Assembly: GCA_951406725.2 (NCBI GenBank)
Contig: OX597841.1
Location: 20,336,001-20,400,000, forward strand
DNA length: 64,000 bases
Source of the DNA: Octopus vulgaris
Taxonomy: Eukaryota
Direction of reading: 5' to 3'
Both the position numbers and the translations under genes were made by a program. This document shows, piece by piece, positions 42,405-53,700 of the stretch. The notes below the pieces were generated by a model. That model searched no databases and was not told where the DNA came from. It worked only from the letters and a program-made list of their open reading frames with translations. How positions within the stretch are numbered: the stretch's first letter is position 1; every line of letters starts with the position of its first letter.

Positions 42405-43048
42405 GTGTGTGTGTGTGTGTGTAAAGAGACCAATAGAATAAGTACCTGACTTAAAAAGAAAATAAGTTCTGGGGTCAATTAGTTCAACTAAGCATTCTTC
42501 AAGGTGGTGCCCCAGCATGGCCATAGTCTCATGACTGAAACCAGACAAGAGAAAATTAAGAATTTGACAAGTATTTATCTTTTGAATACTGGGAAGATGA
42601 AAGGGAAACTTGACCATTGGTTAGGTTTGAACCTGGAATATGGAAAGCCATGTCTAAATACTGCAGTGGTTCCTAATCTTTTTGACATCATGATGCAATT
42701 ACAAATGCACTGGAGATGAAGTGTAAGATATTACTGGTGCAGTGGAGATGAAGAGAAATATAGTTGCTATTTATCTAAAAATTTATTATATAAGTAAAGT
42801 AATTTGTGTCTACATTTAATTTTACGTTCGTCCAATGTATTCACTAATTTATTATGATTATTAAATAATATTTCATTAAATTCACTAGAACATGAATAAC
42901 AATAATTGCTACCTATACTATATGATTTCGCTTTACAAATTATCTTTCACTTTAAATTATACTTAATTCGTTGGGATTTTAGTCCCCATATGTATTTGCT
43001 AAGCCCTGTAAAGTTCATAAGATTTCTACTTTTAAAGGTATACATGTG

Positions 43049-43084
<36 letters not shown>

Positions 43085-44329
43085 TATTGGTTTATGTCTA
43101 TCACTGTTTGAGTTGCATGATAGTGGTTTTATCTCTAATTTATATTTTATATATATATACGATGGGCTTCTTTCAGTTTTGATCTACCAAATCCACTCAC
43201 AAGGCTTTGGTTGGCCTGTTACCACACAGCCACACTACCAAAATAGAACATTGTTAGAAATCTTGTCATAACTAACCTGAATTAGGATTAATTAATTTAA
43301 CATTAATTAATATAACAGATTATATTCTCAAACTTCCTTTCCTCCATTATTTGGCTTTTGCTTTTCCTACTTTGTAGCTTTTAAGGGGTTCATATAAAAA
43401 TTCACCCTAATTACTAGTCATGGTCCACATTACTCACAACCAAAGTAACAGAATGTCTTTATTGCTATAGAATATATTTTATTTATTAGAATTTTTTGTC
43501 ACAGTAACTACGTTTTCCAAATATATTTTTGTCGTTTTATCTTTTACTTGTTTCAATCATGAGACTATGGCCATGCTGGGGCATTGCCTTGAAAAAATTT
43601 TTTATTTGAATGAATCGGCCACTGTACTTATTGTTTTTTTTTAGGGCTAGTATTTATTCTACTGGTCTCTTTTGCTGAACCACTGTTACAGGGATGTGAA
43701 CACACTAGCACTGGTGGTCAAGGTGGCAGGGGACAAACACACACACACACACACACACATGATGGGCTTCTTTTCAGTTTCCATCTAATAAATCTACGCA
43801 CAAGGCTTTGGTTGGCCCAAGGCTATAGAAGAAGACACTTGCCCAAGGTGTCACACAGTGGGACTGAACCCATAGCTATGTGGTTGGGAAGCAAGCTTCT
43901 TATGTTCACCAAACTGAATTTTCCTAAAACCACAAATGATTTTACTGTACATGTTGTGAATTGATTTTTATTTAATGATTGATACCAGCGCTGGTGCCAC
44001 ATTGGAAGCACTGGAACTAGTGCCACATAAAAAGCACCCAGTATTCTGTGTGGAATGGCTAGTGTTGAATCATGCCAGAACAGACAATGGAGCCTGGTGC
44101 AACTCCTGACTACCTCTGGTCAAACCATTCCTACCATGCCAGCATGGAAAACAGACATTAAATAATGCAGATGCACTCACATAAGTTTACCTTGATATTA
44201 AGCTCATCTTCACAGACTTTATTTCACTGCAGTCTGATAAAGAAGTACATCCCAAATAGATAATGGGAAAAAATCTGATCTGTCTGCTTCCACCTACAAT
44301 CTTCACTTACTCTGATAGTGTAAAAAATA

Positions 44330-45115
44330 AAATACAAAGTATCACAGGCTGTCAACGACCTTGATGACACCCTTGATGACACCCTACAGCAACAGAAAGA
44401 CCTGAATACAAATGGGCTGACAAAAATAACTTGCAGCCCAAAACAGGCTGCAATCAAAATATACAGGGCCAGAGGCTAGTAGCATCCATGAGTCAGAGTT
44501 GGAGCATGATCTAGGAATCTATGAGTAATGGTGCATCATTCTGTATACTTATCACTAGGATGGTGACACTGTGTAGGCAAGTAGCTGGGTGAATTCTGTG
44601 ATCATTGAGAAAAAGGGAAAAAGGATACCATGCTACTCCTATGGAGAACATTTCTTTTCAGTTGCTTGGATTACCGCTCCTAACTGTGGTTACTACTAAG
44701 CATCAAACAATGGAATTTGAGGCAATCCAATGCTGCAACACAAAGAAGATTGACTCAGCATGGCAGATGTGTTTCTTGCAGAGGATAAAAGAACTGAGCT
44801 CTAGAGAGAAGGCTGTGAAAGGTATGCAGTGGTAAACATTTGGAAGATCCTGGAAGGTCGATCTCCCAACTATGAAAATGAAAGCTACACTAAGCACTGA
44901 ACTAGATGCCACTGCATAGTACCAAAGATCTTATTCTTTCTGGCTTGAGTAAAGACCCAGTGCAGGAACAAGTTAGATTTCAAGAATCTGCAACTTGTCA
45001 ACATGGCCAAACAACATCAGAGATATATTCAAAGAACTTCTGGCCAAATTTTTTATCTGAGCGACCAGATGAACCTGCATCATGTCAAAAAAACTCAAAG
45101 AAGCGTAGCTCTGTC
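44330..45115 (+). mobile_element. Old decayed copy of the CR1-group LINE family seen at 1-1692
   Basis: FEAIQ..TKKI and ERYAVVNIWKILEG remnants parallel [13 protein letters not shown]...[13 protein letters not shown]. Confidence 0.7.
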
Positions 45116-45301
45116 TAACTCACTACTTCACAGTTCCAGAGAGAGAGAGAGAGATTTAGTAAATGAGTGTGAAATATAAACCAATTACACTGAAGGGGGT
45201 CCTCTAGCATGGCCACACCCTCTGGCTGAAACCTGTAAAAGTAAAGTATATATATACACTGTAAAGTAAAAGTAAATATGCACACATATATATACACACA
45301 C

Positions 45302-45364
<63 letters not shown>

Positions 45365-45399
45365 TATATAAATACATATATATACATATATATATATAC

Positions 45400-45449
<50 letters not shown>

Positions 45450-45460
45450 ATATATATATG

Positions 45461-45492
<32 letters not shown>

Positions 45493-45550
45493 TATATATA
45501 TAGTAGAAATATGTTACGAAAAGAAAATATAAAATACACGTGGAAATGTA

Positions 45551-45872
45551 AGGGTAAAATATGAAAAATCAACGAAATTGCATATTGCAAATAGAAAAAG
45601 GCTATTTATGACAAGTAACAACAAATATATACATTTAGATGGACTGAGGTAGTAAAACGTGTCATAAAGGTCATTATTATGACAATGAATAGCTTTGCAT
45701 AAATCATTGGTTCGTTTTCTTCTCTTACTTTATTATCATCTTATAATCATCTCATAATAATGACTTTTATGACTCGTATGTCAATCTAAATGTATATATT
45801 TGTCGCTACCTGTCATAAATAGCCTTTTTCTATTTGCAATATGCATTTTCGTTGATTTTTCATATTTTACCC
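45551..45872. mobile_element. Fold-back element (~120-bp inverted arms)
   Basis: gtaaaatatgaaaaatcaacgaaa.tgcatattgcaaatagaaaaaggctatttatgaca is mirrored at 45750-45872. Confidence 0.85.
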
Positions 45873-45889
45873 CTATATATATATATATA

Positions 45890-46085
45890 GGGGTCATACC
45901 ATTCATAGTGACACACAACCCATGTCACCAGAATATCTTCAACATTGCCAAAGCAAACCTACCAATCATTGCCCAAAGTAATGAATTAAAAGACATAATC
46001 ACGGATCGAGCTATGGTTCTTAGTAAAAGACAGCCTAAAAACTTGAAAAAATTACTAACAAAGGCAAAATTTCTGACCGGAACAA
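45890..46085 (+). mobile_element. Penelope-like element fragment (RT to GIY-YIG linker)
   Basis: IPFIVTHNP...SKRQPKNLKKLLTKAKF, typical of PLE linker regions. Confidence 0.75.
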
Positions 46086-46369
46086 GAGCAGTCCCATAAT
46101 TCTTGAGTTAGCAAGCTGAAATGTTGGAATAGCCTGGTGGTAAGTTTGAATTTTTTTTTATCCAAAACATCTGTTTGCACTATTATATTTTTCAAGTGTT
46201 CTGAAAACAAAAATATAATCTATATTATATTTCTTATTTCAGAAGTAGCTAATTAATCTTAAATTAATTTAACTAAGGTTATTTTTCCATTTTGTTGAAA
46301 TTGACTTACAATTTACGCCGGTGCTTCCACGTGGGTTCTTATATAAGAGCAGCCTTTTTCGAAACGAGT

Positions 46370-48773
46370 GAAATATGTGTTATAAATGATATTTTGAGAA
46401 ATAGTTTTTTGAAAAGAGACTTCGATGGAAAATAATTATAAATGGTGGGAGACTAACACTGAATTTACCTAATTTGTGAGGCTACAACAAGAAATTCACG
46501 AGACAATTTCAGGTTAATTTGTATGAAAAGAAAATATGGTTAACTAGAAGTGCTACACTTAATAAATTATTCTGTTGGCCTTGTTTACTTTTTGGCTTAG
46601 AAAAGAATGTTTGGAATGATAAAGGCTATGATGATTTAAATAATTTACATATGGCTATGCTAAAGCACGAGCGTTCTCAAAGGCATATAAAATGTTTGAT
46701 AGATCTTAAAATTTTCGTGAATGTTCACATAGACTTACAATTAGATGCATGTAAAAATCAAAGCATACAACATCATAATGAGAAAGTTATCTGCAACGAT
46801 TGATCGATGTTGTTATTTTTTTAGGCCTCCAGGAATTATTGTTTCGGGGTCATTTTGAATCTGAAGGCTCTAATAATCGTGGAAATTATAAAGAACTCGT
46901 ATATTTAATCAGTAAATATGACAAAAAAATGGAAAGTCATCTAGATACAGCTTCTATCTTCACCGGTCTGTCAAACAGAATTCAAACGGTACGAAGCAAT
47001 ACATAAAGTTATGTTGAATGAGATGCAGAAGGAAATTGACCAAGCTAAGTTTGTTTCTCTTCTTGTTGCTGAGACATCTGATGTCTCAGCATCTTCACAA
47101 CTGTCAACAGTTTTACGTTATGTTTCACGAAGACTGTGTGACGAAAGAACGATTTATCAGTTTTAGTGATGTTAGTGCAGATCGATCTGCAAATGCTTTA
47201 TCTGAACATGTTTTTAAATGCATTGAGACGTGGGAATGTGGAAACAAATTGATTGCGCAGACATATGATGGTGCCACTACAATAGCAGGACAACTAAATG
47301 GGTTACAGGCAAAAGTAAGAAAGAAACATGAATGTGCGATCTTTATTCATTGTTGTGCCCATATCCTAAATTTAGTTCTTTCCCAATCATGCTCTGCTAT
47401 GAAAGAATGCAAGATATTTTTTTTCTACAATGAATGGACTCGGTACATTTTTTGCAAAATCACCGAAAAGGGCTAATGCATTAGATAACATTGTTAAAAA
47501 AAGATTTCCGAAAGCAACAGCAACTAGATGGAATTACTCCTCACGTCTTATTATTACCACAAAGGAAAATTATAATTTCATAATCAGCCTTTTTGAACAC
47601 ATCATTGAAAACCCTGAAGCATGGGATGATACCACCATAAATTCAGCAATTGGATTCTTACTTTAAAAGCTCGGTACGACTTGAGAACAGTGGTCCTGGT
47701 GCGTGCACTCATGTACTCATGCATTTGCGCCAACTAGTCATGACTAGTCGATCCTTACTTTGTGTTTTTGTGTGTTATTTACTTTGTTTAAAAAATTATT
47801 CACTTTGTGTTTTATTTACTTTGTGTAAAAAAATTATTTATTTGTGTTTTATTTACTTTGCTAGGTAGTCGTTGTAGGATTGACTAGTCACGACTAGATA
47901 GCACGGATGCACAAGTACTCGAGTGCGCACACAAGGACCACTGTTCTCAAGTAATACCTAAAAGCTCCTGATTTCTTATTTTTGTTAGAGGTATTCAGTG
48001 ACATTTTTTCTTTTACTGACGTCTTATTTAACATACTCCAGAGTAAAAGTCATGACATAGTGTATTGTAAACAGCAAATAGATAAAACTAGAACTGTACT
48101 CGAAATCAAACTTGATAATTTTTCAGTCTTTTATGATAGGTTAGGGGAAAAATATGGAGTCGATGCAGGAATCGGAATTCAGTGATCCAAGGATATATCT
48201 ATTGAGCCCCAACGACATTATAGAATACTTTATAACAAAATTATCAGTACAATAGTTGACCAAATAAAAGCATGATATTCATCCTTAGAAGAGTTTAAAT
48301 TCATGGAACTTTTGAATTTCAACAAAGTTGATGAGTATTGCAAACAATTTCCTGTGGACTCTTTAGATTCTTTAAGAACAACTTATGGCAGATTTTTTGA
48401 TGTAATACGATTACAAAGTGAGCTCAATGTGATGTATTCAATGAAAGATTTTAAAAAACCAAGTGTAAGTCATTTAATGAGTTACATTAACAGCACTGAT
48501 CTTGTTGAAGCTATGCCAGAACTCTTCAATCTGTGCAAGTTGATTTTGACAATTCCGTCTACCACTGCTTCTGTAGAGCGATCCTTTTCTGCATTAAGTA
48601 GAATTAAAACATACCAAAGAAATGCGACAGGAGAAAGAAGACTGTCTGGGTTAGCACTAATGTCAATTGAAAAAGATTTATTACAAGAATTGATGAAAAG
48701 AGAAGATTTCTATGAAAATGTGATAGATATATTTGCCCAGAAAGATCGAAGAATTGAATTAATTTTTAAATGA
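46370..48773 (+). mobile_element. hAT-Tip100 / ZMYM1-like transposase, pseudogenised
   Basis: TTF-type finger WL...LFCWPCLLF, FRGHFESEGSNNRGNY, YDGA, IHCCAHILNL, TRWN and hATC PSTTASVERSFSALSRIK...RLSGLALMSIE; several frameshifts. TIRs not found. Confidence 0.9.
47673..47958. mobile_element. MITE with ~85-bp TIRs and 9-bp TSD (Mutator-like)
   Basis: Ends ggtacgacttgagaacagtggtcct / aggaccactgttctcaagtaatacc; TSD taaaagctc at 47664-47672 and 47959-47967. Confidence 0.9.
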
Positions 48774-49164
48774 GGTAAATAACATTTTAGAACATTAAAA
48801 AAAAAATTTAATATGTTAAAGGGCATATATTACAGGTTTTGCTAAGTGTTTGTTATAACGTAAGGTTCAACCTTCTTACATCAGTATTGTTTTGCAGGAG
48901 AAATGTTTTGATTTCTTCGTGAAACCTAACCTACATAGATTTCCCTTTCTGTGCTGCTGGGTGGAGTCTATTTACAGCTGTAAATAAGTGTTTTGTTTCA
49001 CTTTCAATAAGTGTCTTGTTTCAATCTCAGAGATGTTGACTTCTGCCACAACAGTTTTGGGAGGCTTTTTACAATGTTGAATTTTCGCTGTCTTTCATTG
49101 TGTGCGTATTCATGTATATTCGTGTATTTTCAATGTGTGAGCATGAGACATAGTCTTTTAATAT

Positions 49165-49527
49165 GCAGAGTTCAGTAAGTATCTGGATTGTCCAGATGTG
49201 ATGGGAAGAGACCTGACAGCCTCACCCTGTGCCCCTGGTCGCAAGGCAGATGCCTTGTCTAGGATGTCACAATTAGTGATTGCTTTGCTTCTTCTCACAT
49301 CCCTGATGCTGCGGTCAGGGAACGAAATCTTGAAATACTTCATTTTCCGTCCATTCGAGACGTTTGGTGGGGTTTGACCACTTACTGTGAGATTCCTGAC
49401 TTTACTGGCAACTTATCTTGCAGAGGTAACTGGTGAGGCTCATGAGGGTGCTTGGCTGTTCCAGCGCATCAGCCTTGCCATCACCCATGGCAATGCTGCA
49501 AGTGTGCTGGCGTGTCTCAATCAATAG
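49165..49527 (+). mobile_element. CRE-clade non-LTR retrotransposon 3' fragment (restriction-like endonuclease)
   Basis: GLSRCDGKRPDSLTLCPWSQGRCLV*DVT...FETFGG...WLFQRISLAITHGNAASVL*. Confidence 0.8.
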
Positions 49528-50720
49528 CCATTAGAAAGGTTTCCCAATGTCCCCAACTTTTCAACCCAAGGTGGTGAATTGTTTTCTTTTTTGTTTTCCT
49601 TTTTTCTTTTTCTTTTTTTCTCTCTCTCTCTTTTCCTTTATAATTTTTTCAATTATGTTCTCTGTTTTGTCTAGTTTTCTAGTTTAATTTTGTAAAATGG
49701 TAAACACTGTGAAGGCAATACAAATTTTAATCATATTTACTATAAAATTAATAAATAGATTATAAATAAAGTCATATTTAGCATGCAAATAATTAACTCC
49801 ATGTTTGAAAATTTAAAAACAGTGAAAATTGAGAGTTAAAATAATTTTATTTTTATTATCTGCCCTGCTACATGATTCAGTACAGCTCATAGTAAAATCA
49901 AAAAAATTGATAAAAATTTGAGAATTAAAATTAAATTAAATTTTTTTCTAATGGATAAAATTTTACGAAACCTTTACCAATATATTCCTTTAACATTTCT
50001 CTTTCATATCAATATCAATATACTAATTCTTAATCAAAATTAAAAGAATGGCGATTAAAAGAGTGTCGATGCCGGGCGTTACTACTCATCAGTCAACCAG
50101 TTTGGTCTATACATTTTTCTCTTAACTTTTGTTCTACGCACCAGTTTTTAAGTATTTTATGTCTAAATGTAAGCTTATCAGTAGTCAAGCATAATTAAAA
50201 AAACAAAATCTGATTTTGATTAAAACTGAATTAGTGAGACTGCGACAAAAAAAGCTACGTTAAGAATATTAGTCAACTACTACCGTAGTTGAATGATATT
50301 TATATAAGAATTCAACACAGTTTTAACATTTTCTCAGTATTTCTTCTGTATTTGTATGTATCCTGTAAAATAATTTTGTTAGAGATTGAGAAATGACTGA
50401 GTCTTATTTTAATCATCGGAGAATTAAACATAGAACAGATTTAAACATAGTCCATTAGTGACTGGACTAACACACTTCAGTTTCCATTCTATATCAGTCT
50501 GTGCCTATTGGCATTGAAACTCGAAGGAGAATGGTATCAGAATCTTTATCAGGTCTCTTACATAAATAATTAGGAGTGATTAGTGGTAGAAGAGTTCTGC
50601 TGATTATGATATATGTTTGTGCTGAGAAGAAACACTTGAAATTCTTAAATGTAATTCCAATTTAATAGACTTTTTGATTAGATGCTCACATTCTTAGTTT
50701 TTTCAGCCCAGCTGCAAAAC

Positions 50721-53700
50721 TTATCTCTCATAATTAAAGAAACAGCAAGTGTTATCTCCAAGAGCTCCAATAACTACAAGAAAATTGTTTGAAGCAAATA
50801 AGGCCATGACATAGCGAACCTCAATATCATCAGAACTGAGTAAAGTTTGGCAGTCACTGAATAAAGAAACTTGATAAATATCTTTGTTTAAATCAGCTAT
50901 GAAAACATTTTCACCCTGTATGGTCAGTGGCCGTTCAGAAATGCCTTGAAATGGTAGTTTTAGTAATGGTAGTGTTAAACTCCGAACTAAATCACCTCCT
51001 CCTCTGTACCAACAAACAACACATTGAACTTTCTCATCTTTGATAACAATAATGTCTTCACTTGATGTGACACCAATTGCTGAGATAGCTTTGTCTTCAA
51101 TAATAATTCTCTGACTGTAATCATAAGTTTCATCATTGATGTTAAGCACATCTACATAGGAGTTAATTCCACATGATTTAACATCACACGCACACACCAG
51201 TTGATTTTCATTCTTTTTATAAATCATGTTGTAGTTTATCTTAGTGTTGATGGTTTTTAAAAGAGACAGATCTTCTTTGAAGAACATTAATTGTTTTTCC
51301 TCATGAAAGACAACTACAAAACATTCTGCTGACCAACAACATATGTCCTGTGGGATTTTATTTATTTTTCTCTGCTGAATTACGTGACCTTCTGTAGTGG
51401 TCACTGTAAGAGTATTTTTAAATAAGAACACAACAGTATTGTTTTGTAATACAACTGGCTTAATATATTTGTACATTCCATATTCCTCTTCTCCAAATGT
51501 AGTTAAGGGAAGAGAAAACATCGTTGTTCTATGAGGCAGACTCCTCACTGCTACTTGATCACTTCCTGACATACTATATGCCATGTAATTGCCACATCTC
51601 ACCTTTAGTCTACCATCGTAAATTATTTCCTCTGATGCGCCTCCTGATTCACTGTTTTCCAATTCCTTATTTTGTTCATCACTGAATTTTTTATTATCTG
51701 CTCGAACTTCACTGGAAGGGAAATGAAGAATAGAACCAAACTTCAATAACGACAAACTTTCCAGAACATTCAGTTTGTTGTTGTCTATCTGTATTGCATG
51801 ATATTCAGTCAAGTTAATATGTGCACACCAGTAGATGTTTTTCACTTTCCTCCATATTACACCGTAAGGTACAAGACTTTGCCAAATCTTATGCATTGTC
51901 AAATCTTGATTCAGTTGAAATATTTCTTCTCTGTCCGGGGCTGTGACCATGATATATTTTTCTGAGAAGCACACACCACCGAGTGTTGTTCCAAGATTTC
52001 TGTGGCATAACAGCCTCCCATTTCTCTGAAACATTTTAACATTACCAGGATTGGATTTTTCAATTACAACTGTCTCACCATCAACAGAGAGGTCAATATC
52101 TTTTATCTGAACAGAACAGAGGTCAGTTTGTAGTCGACAAACATGGAATTTTTCTCGATTAAGTGTGAACAAGCCTTCAATGTATAAAGATGTTTCGTTA
52201 TTTCCAGCAAACCTTGGACCATTACAGTTAATACTGTTGAAATAGAATTTGTGTGTAGAACGTTTTTTATTCAAAAATATTTTCTTGTATTCACCGGTCT
52301 GCGACAAACAGACAACACGTGTATCTGAACTGGTGGCATTCCACATAGGAATGTACACATAAATACCATCATTTGTCATACAGTTATATGGAAAAAGGTG
52401 ATTAAATGAATGTAAACATTCTCCATTGGAGTTTAGAAAATAAGTAAATGCATCCCCACAGACAACAATGATGTCATTAGCAATAACTGTAATATGTGAG
52501 AAGTCACTGTAGGATTTGATCCCACTTAAGTCTATTTCTTTCTTTATTTCAACGGTTGACTGTCTTTCATTGATATGGATCACAGACAGAATATATTTCT
52601 CAAATCTCTCAATACCATGGTCACAAACAAATAGATTGTTTGACAAAGAAGCAATACAATTATAACATTTTTCTGTGTTGTAAGTTGAAAAGGACAATGG
52701 AAAATCTGTCTTTAATGTTAAAAGTTGGTTTCTATCAGTTGTAATAACCAGTGTGTTTGACTTCCAGCGACACATATGATGAACGAGAACGTCCAGTTGG
52801 ATTGAGTGAAGAAGTTGACCATCAAAAGTTACTAACTTAATGCTATTATTATTTCTGTCGTATACAGCAATTAAGTTATTTTCAGTAATAACTGAACAAT
52901 CAGCAGCCACTGGCTTTTTGTCTCCCAAACAAAGAGGGATCAAAAATTCTTGTGCTTTATCGGAAACTGTCAGATCCTCTAGATACAATGCAGAAGTCAA
53001 CATTTCACTGACACAAATCTTTCTGGAGAAAACATCTAATAAGTCAAGCTGCATATTCAGCTGATTATTTGTAACGTAATCTTTCACAACTAAATCATGG
53101 TTGTTTATAGCAAACATATGGCTTTCATCGATCAGATAAATGAATTTTTTATCAATACATCCACCATACAGAGAATGTTGAGCTTTGAAAGAGGAGTGTA
53201 AGGGACTGAATCCTACTTTTGATGAAGTATTGTACACAAATATATTCTTCTTAGCAACAATTAATAGATTTAGTGATTCATTTTCTATTGTTAATGATTT
53301 TATGAAAAAGGGAATATTGACTGTAGAAATTACTTCCCCTTCGTTGTGTTTTTGAACTGATACAATGTCTAAATGATATGGTTTATCACAAAAGCAAATA
53401 ATTCGACCATCACTGAGTTTGCAGGCCTTTACATAAGAATGGTTTAATGATATAATTCTAACTCGTTTTGATATATTTCCAATAATCCATAATTCTTTCT
53501 CAAGTGGTAATGTCACTCCCATGTGGCTACTATCCCATCGACATATATTTGTAGCTAAGGATGGCAGAGAGAATGTATGCACAACCTGTCCTTTTTTAGA
53601 AATATATAACAAACAATCGCTATTTATATCAGACACAACCAGCTGTCTGTTCAGCAGATGATATATTTGAGAGATGAGAATTTTCTCATTTTCATCAACA

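Noticed and set aside
46370-48773. Domesticated ZMYM1-like host gene
   Set aside because: Multiple frameshifts, stops and a MITE insertion indicate a dead transposon.
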